This document shows, one piece after another, positions 25,466-38,297 of a stretch of DNA of 64,000 nucleotides; within the stretch, counting starts at the first letter, position 1, and each line of letters starts with the position of its first letter. A program made the translations under genes and the position numbers. Under the pieces are notes generated by a model, which was given only the letters and a program-made list of their open reading frames with translations, had not been told where the DNA came from and did no database searches. This stretch comes from Cirrosporium novae-zelandiae (taxonomy: Eukaryota). Location of the stretch: positions 1 through 64,000 of the forward strand of contig JAPETS010000059.1 in NCBI GenBank assembly GCA_026023565.1, given 5' to 3'.

Positions 25466-26332
25466 CCAAAGAAAACAGTGTATGAAGGTCTTTGTTGAAA
25501 TGGAATGCTGTTATTGATTATGAAACTGAATCAAGTAGGAATAATTTACTTAGCAAGTAGACTACATGGGGAAGACGAGAGACCCCTTTGGGACGGGCCG
25601 ATATCCACAATTCCTTCTAATTTCTGAGATTTTCATACGTCACCGTGGCTGGACAAAGTATGTACGGGCTGGGTACCAATGATGGGGTTTTTCTGTGTAT
25701 CTTTCGGGTTTTAGTGCCTGGATGCTAATTTAAATAGATCATCCTTCAGGCAACAACACTTTACTCGAGTAGAGGCCCTAGCAGACTAATCCCCTTGGCT
25801 GTGAGAACCTACTTTCAACTTTATGCACCCAAATCCCATTTAGTGTACTGATGTCAAGTAGCTCAGAGGGTGAGAATGTTTTTGAGGGTGTCTACTCAAG
25901 ATGCCACAAACATTATTTCCGACCAGTATGATAATTCAAGGGCCAATGCTCTTTTGATAAGTATGTCTCTTTAATGATATCATGTTTTCTTCGCTTTGTA
26001 AGCTCTTGATTAGATATCTATATTATAAGACCGAGGCCGAAAAGTAATTGATGCTAAATAATTTTAGGCCTAGGGAGTTGATAATAGCTACCTACCTATT
26101 AGGTAATTAGCTACGGTCAAGGGTGGAGGGAAGAAGTTGATATTAGAAATGTATCCTTCGCATAGCATCTATTTGCGAGTTCATGGGTAGAACCAGAGGA
26201 TATATTTCTAATGTTGACGATATTAGATACCTCTACAGACTTATAAAAAGGCGTAGGTAACATAGATTAATAGCAATAGTAAATTGCATTACTACATTAT
26301 CATTTGACCTGTTCTTAAAAATCCAATCAATA

Positions 26333-27149
26333 ATGGCCACTCCAGCTCTCGTCCTTATTATCGGAGCGGGTTCCAATATCGGGAAATCCGTCGCCCAAAA
26401 ATTTGCAGCAAATGGTTTCCGGGTTGCACTCGCATCCCGAAGCCGCGAAGAGGAACAAACCGCCGACGGACTTTATCACTTCAAGGTTAATCTGACCGAT
26501 CCGAAGGCCGTAACGAGTCTCTTTACCAGACTCCATGAGAAAGCTGGGATACCTAATGTGGTTGTCTACAATGGTAAACACGCAATTCTTTTACACACTG
26601 TAAAATCAAATTGACCATTTCTAGCTGCTGCTTTCAATCGAGCGCCGGAAGGCCCTCTCTCTGTGCCTCTGGACGAGTTCATCGACTCTCAAAATATCAA
26701 CATAGCAAGCGTCTATGCAGCCATGTCTGAGGCTGTTCGGGGTTTCAAGAAACTGCCAAATTCATTGGCCAAAACTTTCATCTACACAGGAAATATCTTA
26801 AACTCGCGAACGATGCCATCTTTGTTCACTCTTGGTGTCGGAAAAGCAGCTGGAGCTCATATGATAGAAGCTGCAAGTATGGCATACGGTCAAGAGGGAT
26901 ACAAGTAAGTCGAACCAGGTCCTTGTCACTTCGTCCCTTTATACCTTTATATCTTTCCCGTACACTAGGCTAATAGCAGGTAGCTTCTACTATGCAGATG
27001 AGCGCAAGCCCACGGGCGACGCTGTCTACAATGAAATAGATGGTCCAGCTGCTGGAGAGTTTTACCTTGAGTTGGCGAAAGATAAGACACAACGTCCATG
27101 GCTAGCTACCTTTGTTAAAGGAAAAGGATATGTAGATTTCCACACCTAA
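26333..27149 (+). CDS. Atypical short-chain dehydrogenase/reductase (3 exons)
   Basis: IIGAGSNIG Rossmann motif, VVVYNA, FIYTGN, FYYADER; LGVGK where YxxxK is expected; TAA at 27147-27149. Confidence 0.85.
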
Positions 27150-27704
27150 TAACTAGCATAGTGTGGAAGTATTTTTGAACTGGCCAAGTTCGGATCTTGT
27201 TGCCTCCAACATACCTAGGTAGTTTAGAGTAGATCAGATGGAAATTGGTTGACAATTAGCAGACTATTTAGGTAAATTATATGCAGTTTCTTTTATTTCG
27301 TGACCTTTAGAAGGTAGCAAAGTAGTAAAAGTCGTTACTTGAAAACGTAGCCGAGATTCGAACGTGATGCACACGGAACTTTCCTTGCCGATGATTAACC
27401 CCCCCCACTTGGTTCAACAAAGACTCATTCGACTCTACAAAACCACTGAGCTAACTTGGTCATCGGCTCTTCTTCACTTTAACATTTTTTTGCCATCACT
27501 AACCTCTCGCTATTAAACAATTTCTTCGCCTTTACCAGCATTCCATGCTTTTGCTTTTACTATTGCTAGATTTGAAAGGGTGAGCGAGGTGGATTGTGGG
27601 GTGGCAGACAGGAAGAGAAGGTCGAGACACGGCGAACATTTTGTCGCAAACAAAACCGACTGACATTCTACTCTCTTTGCTCAAACCTGAGTTCGAATAT
27701 CGAG

Positions 27705-30125
27705 ATGCTACGCGTTCAAGCGCCTAGTCATAGGCCAGTTTCGCGCCTCGCGAGCCTAAAGAAACCCCCAATAATACGAGAGCAACCCAAGGCTAGAGCT
27801 TCTAACCCCCGTACCTGCCCCAACCCAAACTGCCCTGCCCCCAATATTGTCGACGATGATGACAAGCGAGTCTGTTCTGGGTGTGGTACTGTTATCAGTG
27901 ATTCCAACATTGTTTCGGAAATTACGTTTGGAGAGAATGCTGCAGGAGGTGCAGTCGTCCAGGGAACATTTATTGGAGCAGACCAAAGGCATGGAAGAAA
28001 CATTGGACCTGGGTTTAAGAGGAGTGGTGGCATGGAAAGCAGGGAGATTACAGAAGGAAACGGAAGACGATACGTCAACCAACTAGCTACGGCTTTGAAT
28101 ATCCCTCCTGGAGTTGCGGATCAGGCAATGCAGATTTTCAAGCTTGCTGCCGGCGCAAACTTCATTCAGGGGAGACGAACTCGAACTGTGGCCGCTGTCT
28201 GTCTTTACATCGCTTGTCGAAAGCAAAAAGAGAACACGACAATGTTAATTGATCTTGCCGATGTTCTTAATATCAATGTCTTTAAGCTTGGTGCAGTCTA
28301 CAGCACGATGCTGAAGGAGCTCCTATTGGACAAGATGGTCCCCCTTCCCGTAAACCCAGAAGCCCTCATATACCGGTTCGCCAAGCAGCTAGAGTTTGGC
28401 TCTCTCCAGCAAACTACTACCGTTGCCAAGGAGGCTGTCTACATCCTCAAACGTATGAAGCGAGACTGGATGCTTACTGGGCGTCGACCTGCTGGCGTGT
28501 GTGGAGCTGCACTTATCTTGGCCGCACGAATGAACAATTACCGTCGGACAGTAAGGGAGGTGGTTTATGTCGTCAAGGTCACGGATATGACCCTTCATAA
28601 GCGTCTTGACGAGTTCAAGACTACAGACTCTGGAGCATTGACCGTGGAGGAATTTAGGAATGTTGATCTTGAAAAGGAAGCTGACCCCCCAGCATTTTCC
28701 AAACAATTCAAGAAGACGTCTCGAAAAGAAAAGGCAGAAGCCAGGGCTAAGAAATCAAAAGAAAAAGAAAAAGCAAAAGGACAAGGAACAGGATCGGTCC
28801 CGAATCCTGAAATCATAGATGCTCAGCCAATCAGACGAGACAAAGATGGGTTTGTTATTCCTCCACTGCCCATCGATCCCTCCCTTGCTACTTCAAATTT
28901 AGCAGAGTCAGCCGTAGCATCCCCAATTGCCTCTTCTACGGAAAATTCCGCAGCAGTCAGTGATCCAGCACTAAATCTTTCTACTCCGCCTTCATCTATA
29001 CAACAGACACAAGATACTCATGATATACTCACTATGGCCGACGAGGTCGATGCTGCAATGAATATCCCTAATTTAGAGGCAGATCAAAGTTCTGAAAATA
29101 TCGTTGAACTAATGGCTGATATACCAAAGCGAAAGGCCGGACGGCCACTTGGCTCCAAAAACAAAAAACCTCTTCCTCCCACTGCAGAGGATTTACAAAT
29201 AGAAGAGGAGTTAGAAGAACAGATGCTTGAAACCCTTCAGGACCAAGGTACCATTGATGCTGCCGCTAGTTATGCTGAAACCTTAGCTACGGAGCACAGA
29301 GGAGCAAAGAAAGTTCTTGAAACTGCAGAAGTTGGAGAGGATGAATTTGCAGATGATCCTGAAGTGCGTGATTGTTTACTTACCCCTCAAGAAATCGCCA
29401 TCAAGGAAAAGATTTGGGTTCATGAGAATCGTGATTGGCTTCGAAACCAGCAAGCAAAGATATTAAAGCGCCAACTCGAGGAGCTCAATGGGACCGCTAG
29501 GCTCGTCAAACGAAGAAGAAAGCGAAAGGGACGAATGGGTGACATGTCGAGTTTTGCTGGTGATGATGGAGAAATCAGTACTCCTAGCACACCAGCCGAA
29601 GCAACGAGGTTGATGTTGGAGAGAAGAGGTTTTAGTAAGAAGATTAATTATGCAAAGCTAGAAGATTTGTATAAAACTTCCGATGCAAGCCGCGAGGGAA
29701 GCCCAGCACCGTCATCGGCTTCGACGGGCTCATTCATCCAGAGTGGTCAGCCATCCAACAAGGAGCGAGCAAGGCGTTGGAGCGAAAGAGAGGATGAAAG
29801 CACTACGCCGGAGCCATTAGATTCACCAGAGAAGAGGAAACCCGTAGAGCCACCAAAGGCGGGAAACACGGTTAAGGAAACCATTGAAGAGGTCATGGAA
29901 GAACTACCCGAGACGAATATGGAAAGAAGGGCAGGAGGAAGAGGGGAAGGCGAAAAGGGCGATGAGGGTGAAGATGATGATATTGAAGATGATGATGAAG
30001 CTGCTTGGTATGATAATCGAGAAGAGGAAATTCAAGATGAAGATGAAGACAACATTCATCGGGCATTGGCAGGGCTTGGGGAAGTGGACGAAGTGGACGA
30101 ATACATGGGAGACGATTATGATTGA
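27705..30125 (+). CDS. BRF1: RNA polymerase III initiation factor TFIIIB subunit Brf1
   Basis: Zn ribbon CPNPNC..CSGCG, TFIIB cyclin repeats (GRRTRTVAAVCLYIACR, GRRPAGVCGAAL), TBP-binding block FSKKINY; first ATG at 27705. Confidence 0.96.
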   Translation: MLRVQAPSHRPVSRLASLKKPPIIREQPKARASNPRTCPNPNCPAPNIVDDDDKRVCSGCGTVISDSNIVSEITFGENAAGGAVVQGTFIGADQRHGRNIGPGFKRSGGMESREITEGNGRRYVNQLATALNIPPGVADQAMQIFKLAAGANFIQGRRTRTVAAVCLYIACRKQKENTTMLIDLADVLNINVFKLGAVYSTMLKELLLDKMVPLPVNPEALIYRFAKQLEFGSLQQTTTVAKEAVYILKRMKRDWMLTGRRPAGVCGAALILAARMNNYRRTVREVVYVVKVTDMTLHKRLDEFKTTDSGALTVEEFRNVDLEKEADPPAFSKQFKKTSRKEKAEARAKKSKEKEKAKGQGTGSVPNPEIIDAQPIRRDKDGFVIPPLPIDPSLATSNLAESAVASPIASSTENSAAVSDPALNLSTPPSSIQQTQDTHDILTMADEVDAAMNIPNLEADQSSENIVELMADIPKRKAGRPLGSKNKKPLPPTAEDLQIEEELEEQMLETLQDQGTIDAAASYAETLATEHRGAKKVLETAEVGEDEFADDPEVRDCLLTPQEIAIKEKIWVHENRDWLRNQQAKILKRQLEELNGTARLVKRRRKRKGRMGDMSSFAGDDGEISTPSTPAEATRLMLERRGFSKKINYAKLEDLYKTSDASREGSPAPSSASTGSFIQSGQPSNKERARRWSEREDESTTPEPLDSPEKRKPVEPPKAGNTVKETIEEVMEELPETNMERRAGGRGEGEKGDEGEDDDIEDDDEAAWYDNREEEIQDEDEDNIHRALAGLGEVDEVDEYMGDDYD

Positions 30126-30845
30126 TTATTTGGGCAGCGGGAGAATCTTGATACCCGGTTAGACATGGTCGTTCGCAGGAATTATTACTAGTGACAAATG
30201 TACAGTACATTAAGGGAAAGAAGAGAAAAATACTTGTAATACTTTGGTACTGTGGTACTTTTTGAATTAAATTCATGCCGGGATGCCTAAGGCTCAGAAG
30301 TTCGGACGGCGCCAAGTTCTTAAGTTGCGGGCCGCTGATGTGGGAATAGGATAAGTCTCCCTTGACCAATGAAAAGTTCCATCACATCTTTCATCCTTGT
30401 TGGGTCATTTTCTCCTCTTCATCACTGGACCATGGCTGCACTTTTCCACACACCCAACGCACCCACAATACCCCCAAACGCAAGTCAGCATCGCTCGTCC
30501 TTCCTCAGCGCCTGCAACATCCCACCTCTACCACCTCATTGGCTTCCTTGGCTTCCGATTTTCTCACCCGGCACTCAAGTACATAGTATAGAACCATGGC
30601 CATGGCTGACCAGACCCGACCTGCGACCGCAACGATCCTCTTTATCCTTCCCTCTTCTCTATTTGTGATGCTCCTGGAGAGCTATCTTCATCGATAATTT
30701 TGGTTTTCGGACTGGTTCCTACCTTGATATACTCGAATCAAAGCCTTGGAATAGGTAGAGTATTCTCTGCTGGTTGAAGGAAGAAAGAGAGAAAGAAAGA
30801 AAGAAAGAACAAGCGCCGGGAGAGTTACGGAGTCGATAAGCTATA

Positions 30846-31805
30846 ATGGCTGCCTCCAAAACATGGAAAACTATCAGTTCCCATCTTCGTGTTCGAAAAT
30901 ATCGATTCTACAAAGTTGTCTGCGCCCTAATCATATTCGAACTTCCGGTCATAGTCGCAACTCTCGCCTTGTTCTCCATCGCAAACCCGAATCTGTATCG
31001 CTCCAGACTCTGGCAAGATGGTGCCGATAATGGCTTTAATAGTGCTCCCAGCGAGATTCTATATTCTTACGCCAATTATCATCCTATTAGCACGCCCCTT
31101 CCCTGGTCTCAATTGTATGTCTTTGTTCCTTCTTAGCTAAACCGGGTGAAGCTGACATCAAGATACTACAGTACAACAACCTGGAATGTGGTCATAGCTG
31201 TCCTAGCAACTTTCATCATGATTATTAAATGGGTCCTCCTGGTTACGCGCACGCTCCTTCCAATCATTTCCCTCGTTATTCATGGGCTTCTTTCAGCTCT
31301 TTTTGCCGTCGCAATCCATAACCAGGCTGCTCCCGATATGTCGGATCCAGACCACCCACAACCAGGAGCACCCTGGTGGATTACAAAAAGCTGCAGCGTA
31401 GTATTTCATCATACCAATTATAAATATTGTCAGCAATCAAAAGCATGCTTTGCACTAACATGCTTACTCCTGTGGGCTAGCCCTGTTCTTCATTGACATG
31501 ATATCAATATACTAACCTTGACGTCTTTCAGTATCGTATACTTCTCGATGCTTGTTGTGTGCCTCATTTCAATGATCTTTCCTAAAACGGAACCCGAGTC
31601 GCCGTCTCAAGAAAAGGCTATGGCAACTCAAGAGCAACAGCAATGGGAAATGCGTAGTGTTCCGCCAACACCTGGCACTACAGGGGCGATGAAAAGTCCT
31701 ATGCCTCCCGTCACCCCTAGAACGATGGCTTTTAACGCGCTAGGTGGAAGTCCCGTACCACAGTTTGATCCTCCACCAAAGGTGGCGAGGAAGGGAGGAA
31801 GATGA
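30846..31805 (+). CDS. Conserved fungal membrane protein of about 4 TM segments (3 exons)
   Basis: Three ORF segments separated by GT-AG introns; hydrophobic helices, WQDGADNGFNS, DMSDPDHPQPGAPWWITKSC, Pro/TP-rich tail. Confidence 0.75.
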
Positions 31806-32628
31806 TCAAGGGGGAAAACGTAAATTGGAGAAATATTATGTGTTGTATATCAAGTATAATCAGATTTGGGTTGATAATCAGGAATACTGGGTAGCTTGGT
31901 GTTGTCCCGTACTTCAATCACAGTTTGAAGAACTGTTTGAATGCAGATTCCCTTAAATCTTTCACTTTCTTCTGGATAGGGATGAGCGGTCCGAAACTAT
32001 TCCATACATTTATGAAACAGAGTGACAGAGGACAGGTTGCCGGGAAAGTCTCATTATTTATCTCAGAACAAATCTTCCCTCCACAACAGCTACGAAAGTA
32101 CTATTCCGCACCGTAGATGGATTGTTCGTTGATACGTTCCTACATGTAATATTGCTACCTTATTCTTTAGAACCGAAGGTGAAATGGCTGAAGTCGTCTG
32201 CGAACTAATTACCTAGGTATTCATCCAAAAGTATTTAGAGTCGAGGGGTTAAACCACAATTTTCTATTTGAACCGCCTGTTGGTTATCGGAGCATTTATT
32301 CAAGCCTATAAGGATATCAACGTCATGCATGTGTGTGGGGAAGCTTAATCTACATAGTAAAGATCAGATACTAATTTACACTAAGCTTTGAGCAAATAAT
32401 TACGATACAATAACTAGATCAATACCCGAAAAAGAAGCTAGCTTCCCTTCTCTCGCCTGCCCCTGAGCTATCGCGGCTTTATTACAAATTACAGCAAATA
32501 CCTCCGTGAACAGGCCATATAATAGGCTATCGATATGCACAGCATTTGCATCATGATGTCTTTCTGTCAGAACATGGAGAGAGAAAGGTGAAAGTTTACC
32601 AAAAAGTCTTTTGCTAGAAGCACCAGCT

Positions 32629-34564
32629 ATGCAGTTCTTGACGACACTTGCTATTGGGGTTATATGCTGCAATGGCCTGGTATCCGCATATTCGGATCCG
32701 GCTGTGATGCCAGTAGTCAATAGACGAGATCTGAATGAAACAACGTTAAATACGATCTTGGAAGATATCGAGACGGCATCTACCTGTTCAGACTGTCAGA
32801 CTATTTTGAAGTTGTTGAAAGAAGTAGCTGAGGAAGGAGATGACACCTTTGCAGAGCTTCTCACTGACTACTGCGTCTATACTGGGGTAAGCTATGCGCA
32901 CTTGAATGATCGGATATCAGCGCTGAAATAATAATTAGGAAGGAACAGAAGATGTTTGTGAAGGCCTCATGTCACGCGAATCTCATTCGATGGCACATAG
33001 CCTACGGCAGATGGAAATTCCTTCCCATACCTCGAAGACGTTCTGCCAAATACTTTTTGGGTTATGCGATCCTGGGATCCTTTCTTACTCTGTTTCGTTC
33101 CAGAAATCAAAATCGAAGGCCACTCGACCTTCGCCCAGTCAAAAGACACCATTAAAGGTGGTTCACATCAGCGACATCCACGTTGATCTCTCTTATGTCG
33201 CTGGAGCTAGCTACAACTGCACCGAGATGGTCTGCTGCCGTATATACTCCGATGACGATGCACCAAACGTGACAGATTACCCTGCTGGAGCTTTTGGGAA
33301 CCCTAACTGTGACTCGCCTTTAGCACTGGAGAAGAGTATGTATGCCAAGATCAGGCAAGTTGTACCGGATGCGGCTTTAACCCTGTTTACCGGTGATATA
33401 GTGGAGGGTGCTGAGGACTTGACAACTAATAGCGAGATTGTAACTGATATTAATGACGCCTATACTCAAATGCTTGGGCTGAACCATGTATATGGCGCTA
33501 TTGGGAATCACGAATCTAATCCTGTTAATTCATTTCCCCCTAGCGGTGTCGATGCTGGAAATTACAGCAGTCAATACGTTTACAACACTCTCTCGGATGA
33601 CTGGAAACGGTGGATAGGAGCTAGTGCAGCAAAGGTAGCCAGCACAAACTATGGGTCGTACTCCGTGAAACATACCGGGACTAATCTCCGTATTATTTCC
33701 ATCAACACCATGTTCTGGATGAAGGAAAATTTCTGGATCTATCAGAAGACCATGCCTCGAGACCCGAGTGGCCATTTTGCTTGGCTTGCAAAGGAACTTG
33801 CATCTGCTGAAAGTGCGGGTGAGCGAGTCTACATTATTGGACACATCCCTCCTGGGCGATCTGATATTCTTTCAGATTACTCTGAATATTTTGATCAGGT
33901 CGTTCAGCGTTATTCTGCTACTATTGCCGCCCTCTTCTGGGGCCATACTCACAAAGACATGTTTGAAATCAGCTACACAACTCCCGCAAGTCCCTCCGTG
34001 AAATCTGCAACTGCAATCTCGTATATCGCTCCCGCCATGGTCCCCTCATCTGGAAACCCTACTTTCCGCGTATATTCTGTAGATCCTGTCACTTTCGCGG
34101 TTCTTGATTATACAGTATACATCGCCAACATGTCTGCTCCTACATATCAACACAGCCCAGTCTGGGAAAAATACTACTCTGCCAAAGAAGCATATGGGAA
34201 GCATCTCTCGCCTCCGGTGACAGGTACCCATGTGGAAATGACACCAGGTTTCTGGCACCGCGTCACCCAACTCTTCGAAAACAACGACGAAATTTTCCAA
34301 GAATGGTATGCTCGCAAGACAAGGGGTTATGATGTCGAGGACTGTGATGATGACTGCAAAAGCGATGAGATCTGCCAAATGAGGGCCGCTCAAGCCCAGT
34401 ATAACTGCATTGATGCGAATACCCCAATTAGTATTAAGAAGAGAGGGTTGAAGGGAGGGCCTCATGTGGAGACTGGGGAGTGTCCGGGAAGTAGGGCTAT
34501 AGAAGTCATGAGGTCTCTGGGTGCTGAGGGTGTAAGGCAGTACCTGGTCAAGAGAGAAGCTTAA
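32629..34564 (+). CDS. Secreted acid sphingomyelinase-like metallophosphoesterase
   Basis: Signal peptide, saposin-like Cys pattern, HISDIHVD, FTGD, GNHE, GHIPP, GHTH; one intron near 32887-32938. Confidence 0.92.
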
Positions 34565-34948
34565 GGAAAGTAAAATATTGGGTTTGCGATGGGTGTCGAT
34601 AAAGTATCCCATCTAATTTAGACCTATATCTGGGAGGATATACAAATAGATGGATATGTAGATACTCGTTCTTCATAATAGTAATCTTAACGAATAAATC
34701 CATACTTAGAACTACTCCTAAATAGAAATGTAGCTAGCTTTGCTTATTTATACTGTGGTTAGACATCGTAACCAAAGTTAAGCTTGGAAGGTCGCTTATT
34801 ATTGAAATTATATTTGGATGTCAAAACCGTTGGGTGGTTTCAACCTATCCCAGCCTCGTCTACCCCAAGATTAGACCAGTAAACATCTCACTAAATGGTC
34901 AATTGCACTTCACCATAGTTGTTTTCAACAACAATTATAACTGTCAAC

Positions 34949-36380
34949 ATGTCGCAGTACCCATACAAGACGTCTTACAATTATTACTCCTCGACAAATC
35001 TTCCTTCTACGCTTGCGCCTCCCTCTCCACGAACGGTCCGAACTCTTCGCAAGATCCAATCCTCACAAGCTCTCAGCTCCAACCATCCCTCGTTAATTGC
35101 ACAGCAACGGCTCCAACAACAGCTACATCGTGGCGGACTAGGTAGCGTGAGGGATTATGGGAACCGGCAACAAGAAACTATCAATACATTTACACCTGGC
35201 CATGGTCGAACCAGGTCGAATAGCGACGCTGCCTTGGCAAAACCGCCGACCCCAGTTCCAGTGACACAGAGGAGAGCCCGTTCTCGCAAGAGGCCGAGCA
35301 AGAGATTGACGGTGGAAGTCGCAGTGAGAGATGGTCCACCAAGAGGAAATATCACCGAGGGTCTCAGCAATATTCGAGATTCGCTGCTTCGAGATGAGAT
35401 CGACGCCGATGGAGATGGAATGGTAGATATACGTTATTTGTTTTCACAACGTTTGCTGACAAGTTTTGCAGTCGAGCGTCCGAATCTACATTTGGCTAAT
35501 ACTCCTCAATGCCCCTGCTCTACCTACCGACACATACCTTGATCTTGTGCATCGAGGTCCTTCACCTGCCTACTCCAAGATTCGCAATGATACATTCCGT
35601 ACCCTTGCAACCGATCCTCTCTTCAAACGCCGTGTCACCGAATCTAGTCTAATACGCCTTCTTAATGCCGTGGCTTGGAAACTTCATGATTCGAAACAAG
35701 ATATTTCATCCCGTGACCCCCTCGCCGCCCTACATCTCTCGCCATGCAAGAAACATACATCTCTTGCCTCAAACACTTCAGGCTCTGACAATGGGCTAAC
35801 ATCCGAATCGGGGATCTATGTTCAAGGCATGAATGTACTATGTGCACCGTTCGCCTATGCCGCTCGGAGTGAAGTTGAAGCTTTTGTTGCCTTCTCGAAC
35901 CTTCTCACCTATGAATGCCCAGGCTATGTTCGTGGCGCTATGGACGGTGTACATAGAGGCGTGGCGCTAGTCGACCGTTGTCTCGAGATCGTCGACTTCA
36001 AGTTGTACAATTATCTACTGAGCAAGGGAATGCATGCGAGGTTATATGCATTTTCTAGTGTGTTGACACTGTGTGCGTGTACCCCACCTCTACCGGAAGT
36101 ATTGCACCTATGGGATTTTCTTTTTGCTTTTGGGGTGCATTTGAACGTGGTTTGTATTGTTGCACAACTGGTGTCAATGAGAGATAGCATCTTCAGCAGC
36201 GCTAGGTATGAGATATAATTTCCCTGGTTTTCTTTCTAGCTAATGTATATCCGCAGCCCTACGAACCTCCTGCGGTCGTTTCCACCACTCAACACCAAGA
36301 AGATCAAGGACCTTACTGTCAGCCTGGTGCAGAAAATACCCAATGAATTATATGCGGAACTGGTAAACCACGCCAAATAA
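34949..36380 (+). CDS. BUB2: Bub2/Cdc16 TBC-domain GAP of the MEN/SIN pathway (3 exons)
   Basis: KIRNDTFRTL, YVQGMNVLCAPF, SVLTLCACTPPLPEVLHLWDFLFAFGVHLNV; last exon LLRSFPPL ending in TAA at 36378-36380. Confidence 0.93.
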
Positions 36381-37034
36381 AATGTATTGATGGAAATTAC
36401 GAACCAATTACGAATATGGGTATTTGGAATAAGGCGCTAGCGGAGGGATGGGTTGAAAAACACGGAAACGAATGTATAACTAGTAGCGTTATGAGGTTTA
36501 TGAGGATGAACACTGGCATGGAAAGAATAGGGAAAGAATAGGGAAAGAATAAGGAAATACTCGGGTATACTAATAGTAGTAGGGTCAGGCGTCTTTAAGG
36601 CAATATAAATTTAATTGTTTTTGGGACCAATGGATCATGCATATAACGGTAGATTCAGTTGGGCTGCAAGTAACCAAGTGTGGGGAGGAGAAGAGATGGA
36701 CATTCGATTCCACAGTAGACACGGCAAAGGTGAAAGGATAGACAGATTGTGGCTAGCTGAAGGAGAGCAGTTGGCTAGATTCCGGAAGGATAGTTGGATA
36801 GTTGGATAATTGGATAGTTGAATTAGTTGGAGATTCAATTGACGTTATTGTACAAAGGACAATACCAGAGACTCGGGTTATTTTGAGCCGCAAGGCCGAT
36901 TGGATGAATATTGGGAGGCACTGGGGAAGGCGCTGGAGGCTGGAGGACAGTGGAGAGCACCGGTGGGAAGGTGGCACGTGTGATAGGCATCTGTTACTGG
37001 CTCGGTACGTACTGTACAACAACAATAGCAAGAA

Positions 37035-37068
37035 ACAACCACAACCACAACCACAACCACAACCACAA
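37035..37068. repeat. (ACAACC)n microsatellite
   Basis: Five full hexamer units plus a partial unit. Confidence 0.9.
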
Positions 37069-37687
37069 GGACAGCCAGAGGTGCCATCTGTATCACATCA
37101 GGGCGGGATGGTCAACTACTCTCCAAGTCAACATAGTCAAACCCCACAATTCATCAAGAATTTACTTTTCCATTCCCAAACACCGTCATGCACGTGTACT
37201 AGTCAGTTACTGCTCTGATCAAACATACCCCAAAAAGCCCCAAAAAGCCCCAACAAACAGAATCAGAATAGAAATATCATGGCTAACTACTGTCCTTTCG
37301 ACTTTACTCGGCTTCTCGGGTCTGGTCTCATGAAGCCTTGTCAATGGTTTGCCTTTCCGACCTTCCTCGTTTTGTAAATAGAACAGGTGATGGTGCTTTC
37401 TTACCGGTTAGCTGAGTTGAGTAGCTTTGACTAATACTGACTATGACAAGAATGACGAGAATTACGAGAATCGGTGCAGGTACCGTCCAACTATTGGAAT
37501 GATATTTAAACACTTCCAAAGCTCCTCAAGTATTTCCTTTTGAATCCTTACATTTGTCCTGTCATCCATCGCTTCTAATTGTCTGCAATTATTCATCTGG
37601 ATCCATTCTCTTGGCTAGTCCGGTACTTCCCGAATAATTCTATACCACCGCTCGTATTCTCTCGTATTCTCTCGTATTCTCCGAACA

Positions 37688-38297
37688 ATGCGCCACTCCA
37701 ACCTCATGACTACTTTCATCTCCCTCCTCGTCATTTTATGCGCAACCCTCCCGGTGTGGGCATATCCGACCCCGGACCTCAAAGTAATAAGAGCAAAAGC
37801 TGCTGCTCTTTTGTTAGAGGAGCGTGACGATGGCCCAGGAGTATGTTGACCTCATTGCTTTTCACTTTATACCAATATTCTCTTGTCCATGTCTCTCAAA
37901 ATCACTAACAATGGTTGCCTAACTCTAGGTATACATGTGCACCGATGTGAACTGGGGAGGCGAATGCTACTATCAGCCGGGACTAGCTACTACTGGAGAG
38001 AATGCGTGCCGCCAAGTTCCTGATAACGAACTGAATGGTGACAAGAGTCTTGTTTCATCGTTCGGGCCGGACGAGGGACAGACTTGTACGCTCTATGGGT
38101 AAGTGACCATTACCTTTGGTTCGGAGTTAGTTCGGCATTGATCTAGATGATGATACTAATATATGTTTCTGAATAGGAACATTTTCTGCACCAATACCGG
38201 TGAAGGCACTGCGACTGTTTCATCTCCGGGAACTGGAGATCTTGTAGCATACGGTTATAACGACAAGGTGTTCAGCTACAAGTGTGTAGCTTCATAG
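37688..38297 (+). CDS. Small secreted Cys-rich protein, beta/gamma-crystallin-like (147 aa, 3 exons; not in ORF track)
   Basis: Exons 37688-37840, 37929-38098 and 38177-38297 with GTATGT..TAG and GTAAGT..TAG introns keep one frame; signal peptide, pro-region ending LEER, mature VYMCTDVNWGGEC..VSSFGPD..CTLY..YNDKVFSYKC. Confidence 0.85.

Noticed and set aside
36615..37519. Cluster of short ORFs with poly-QP, poly-NH and poly-V tracts
   Set aside because: Produced by microsatellites; no domain or splice structure supports coding
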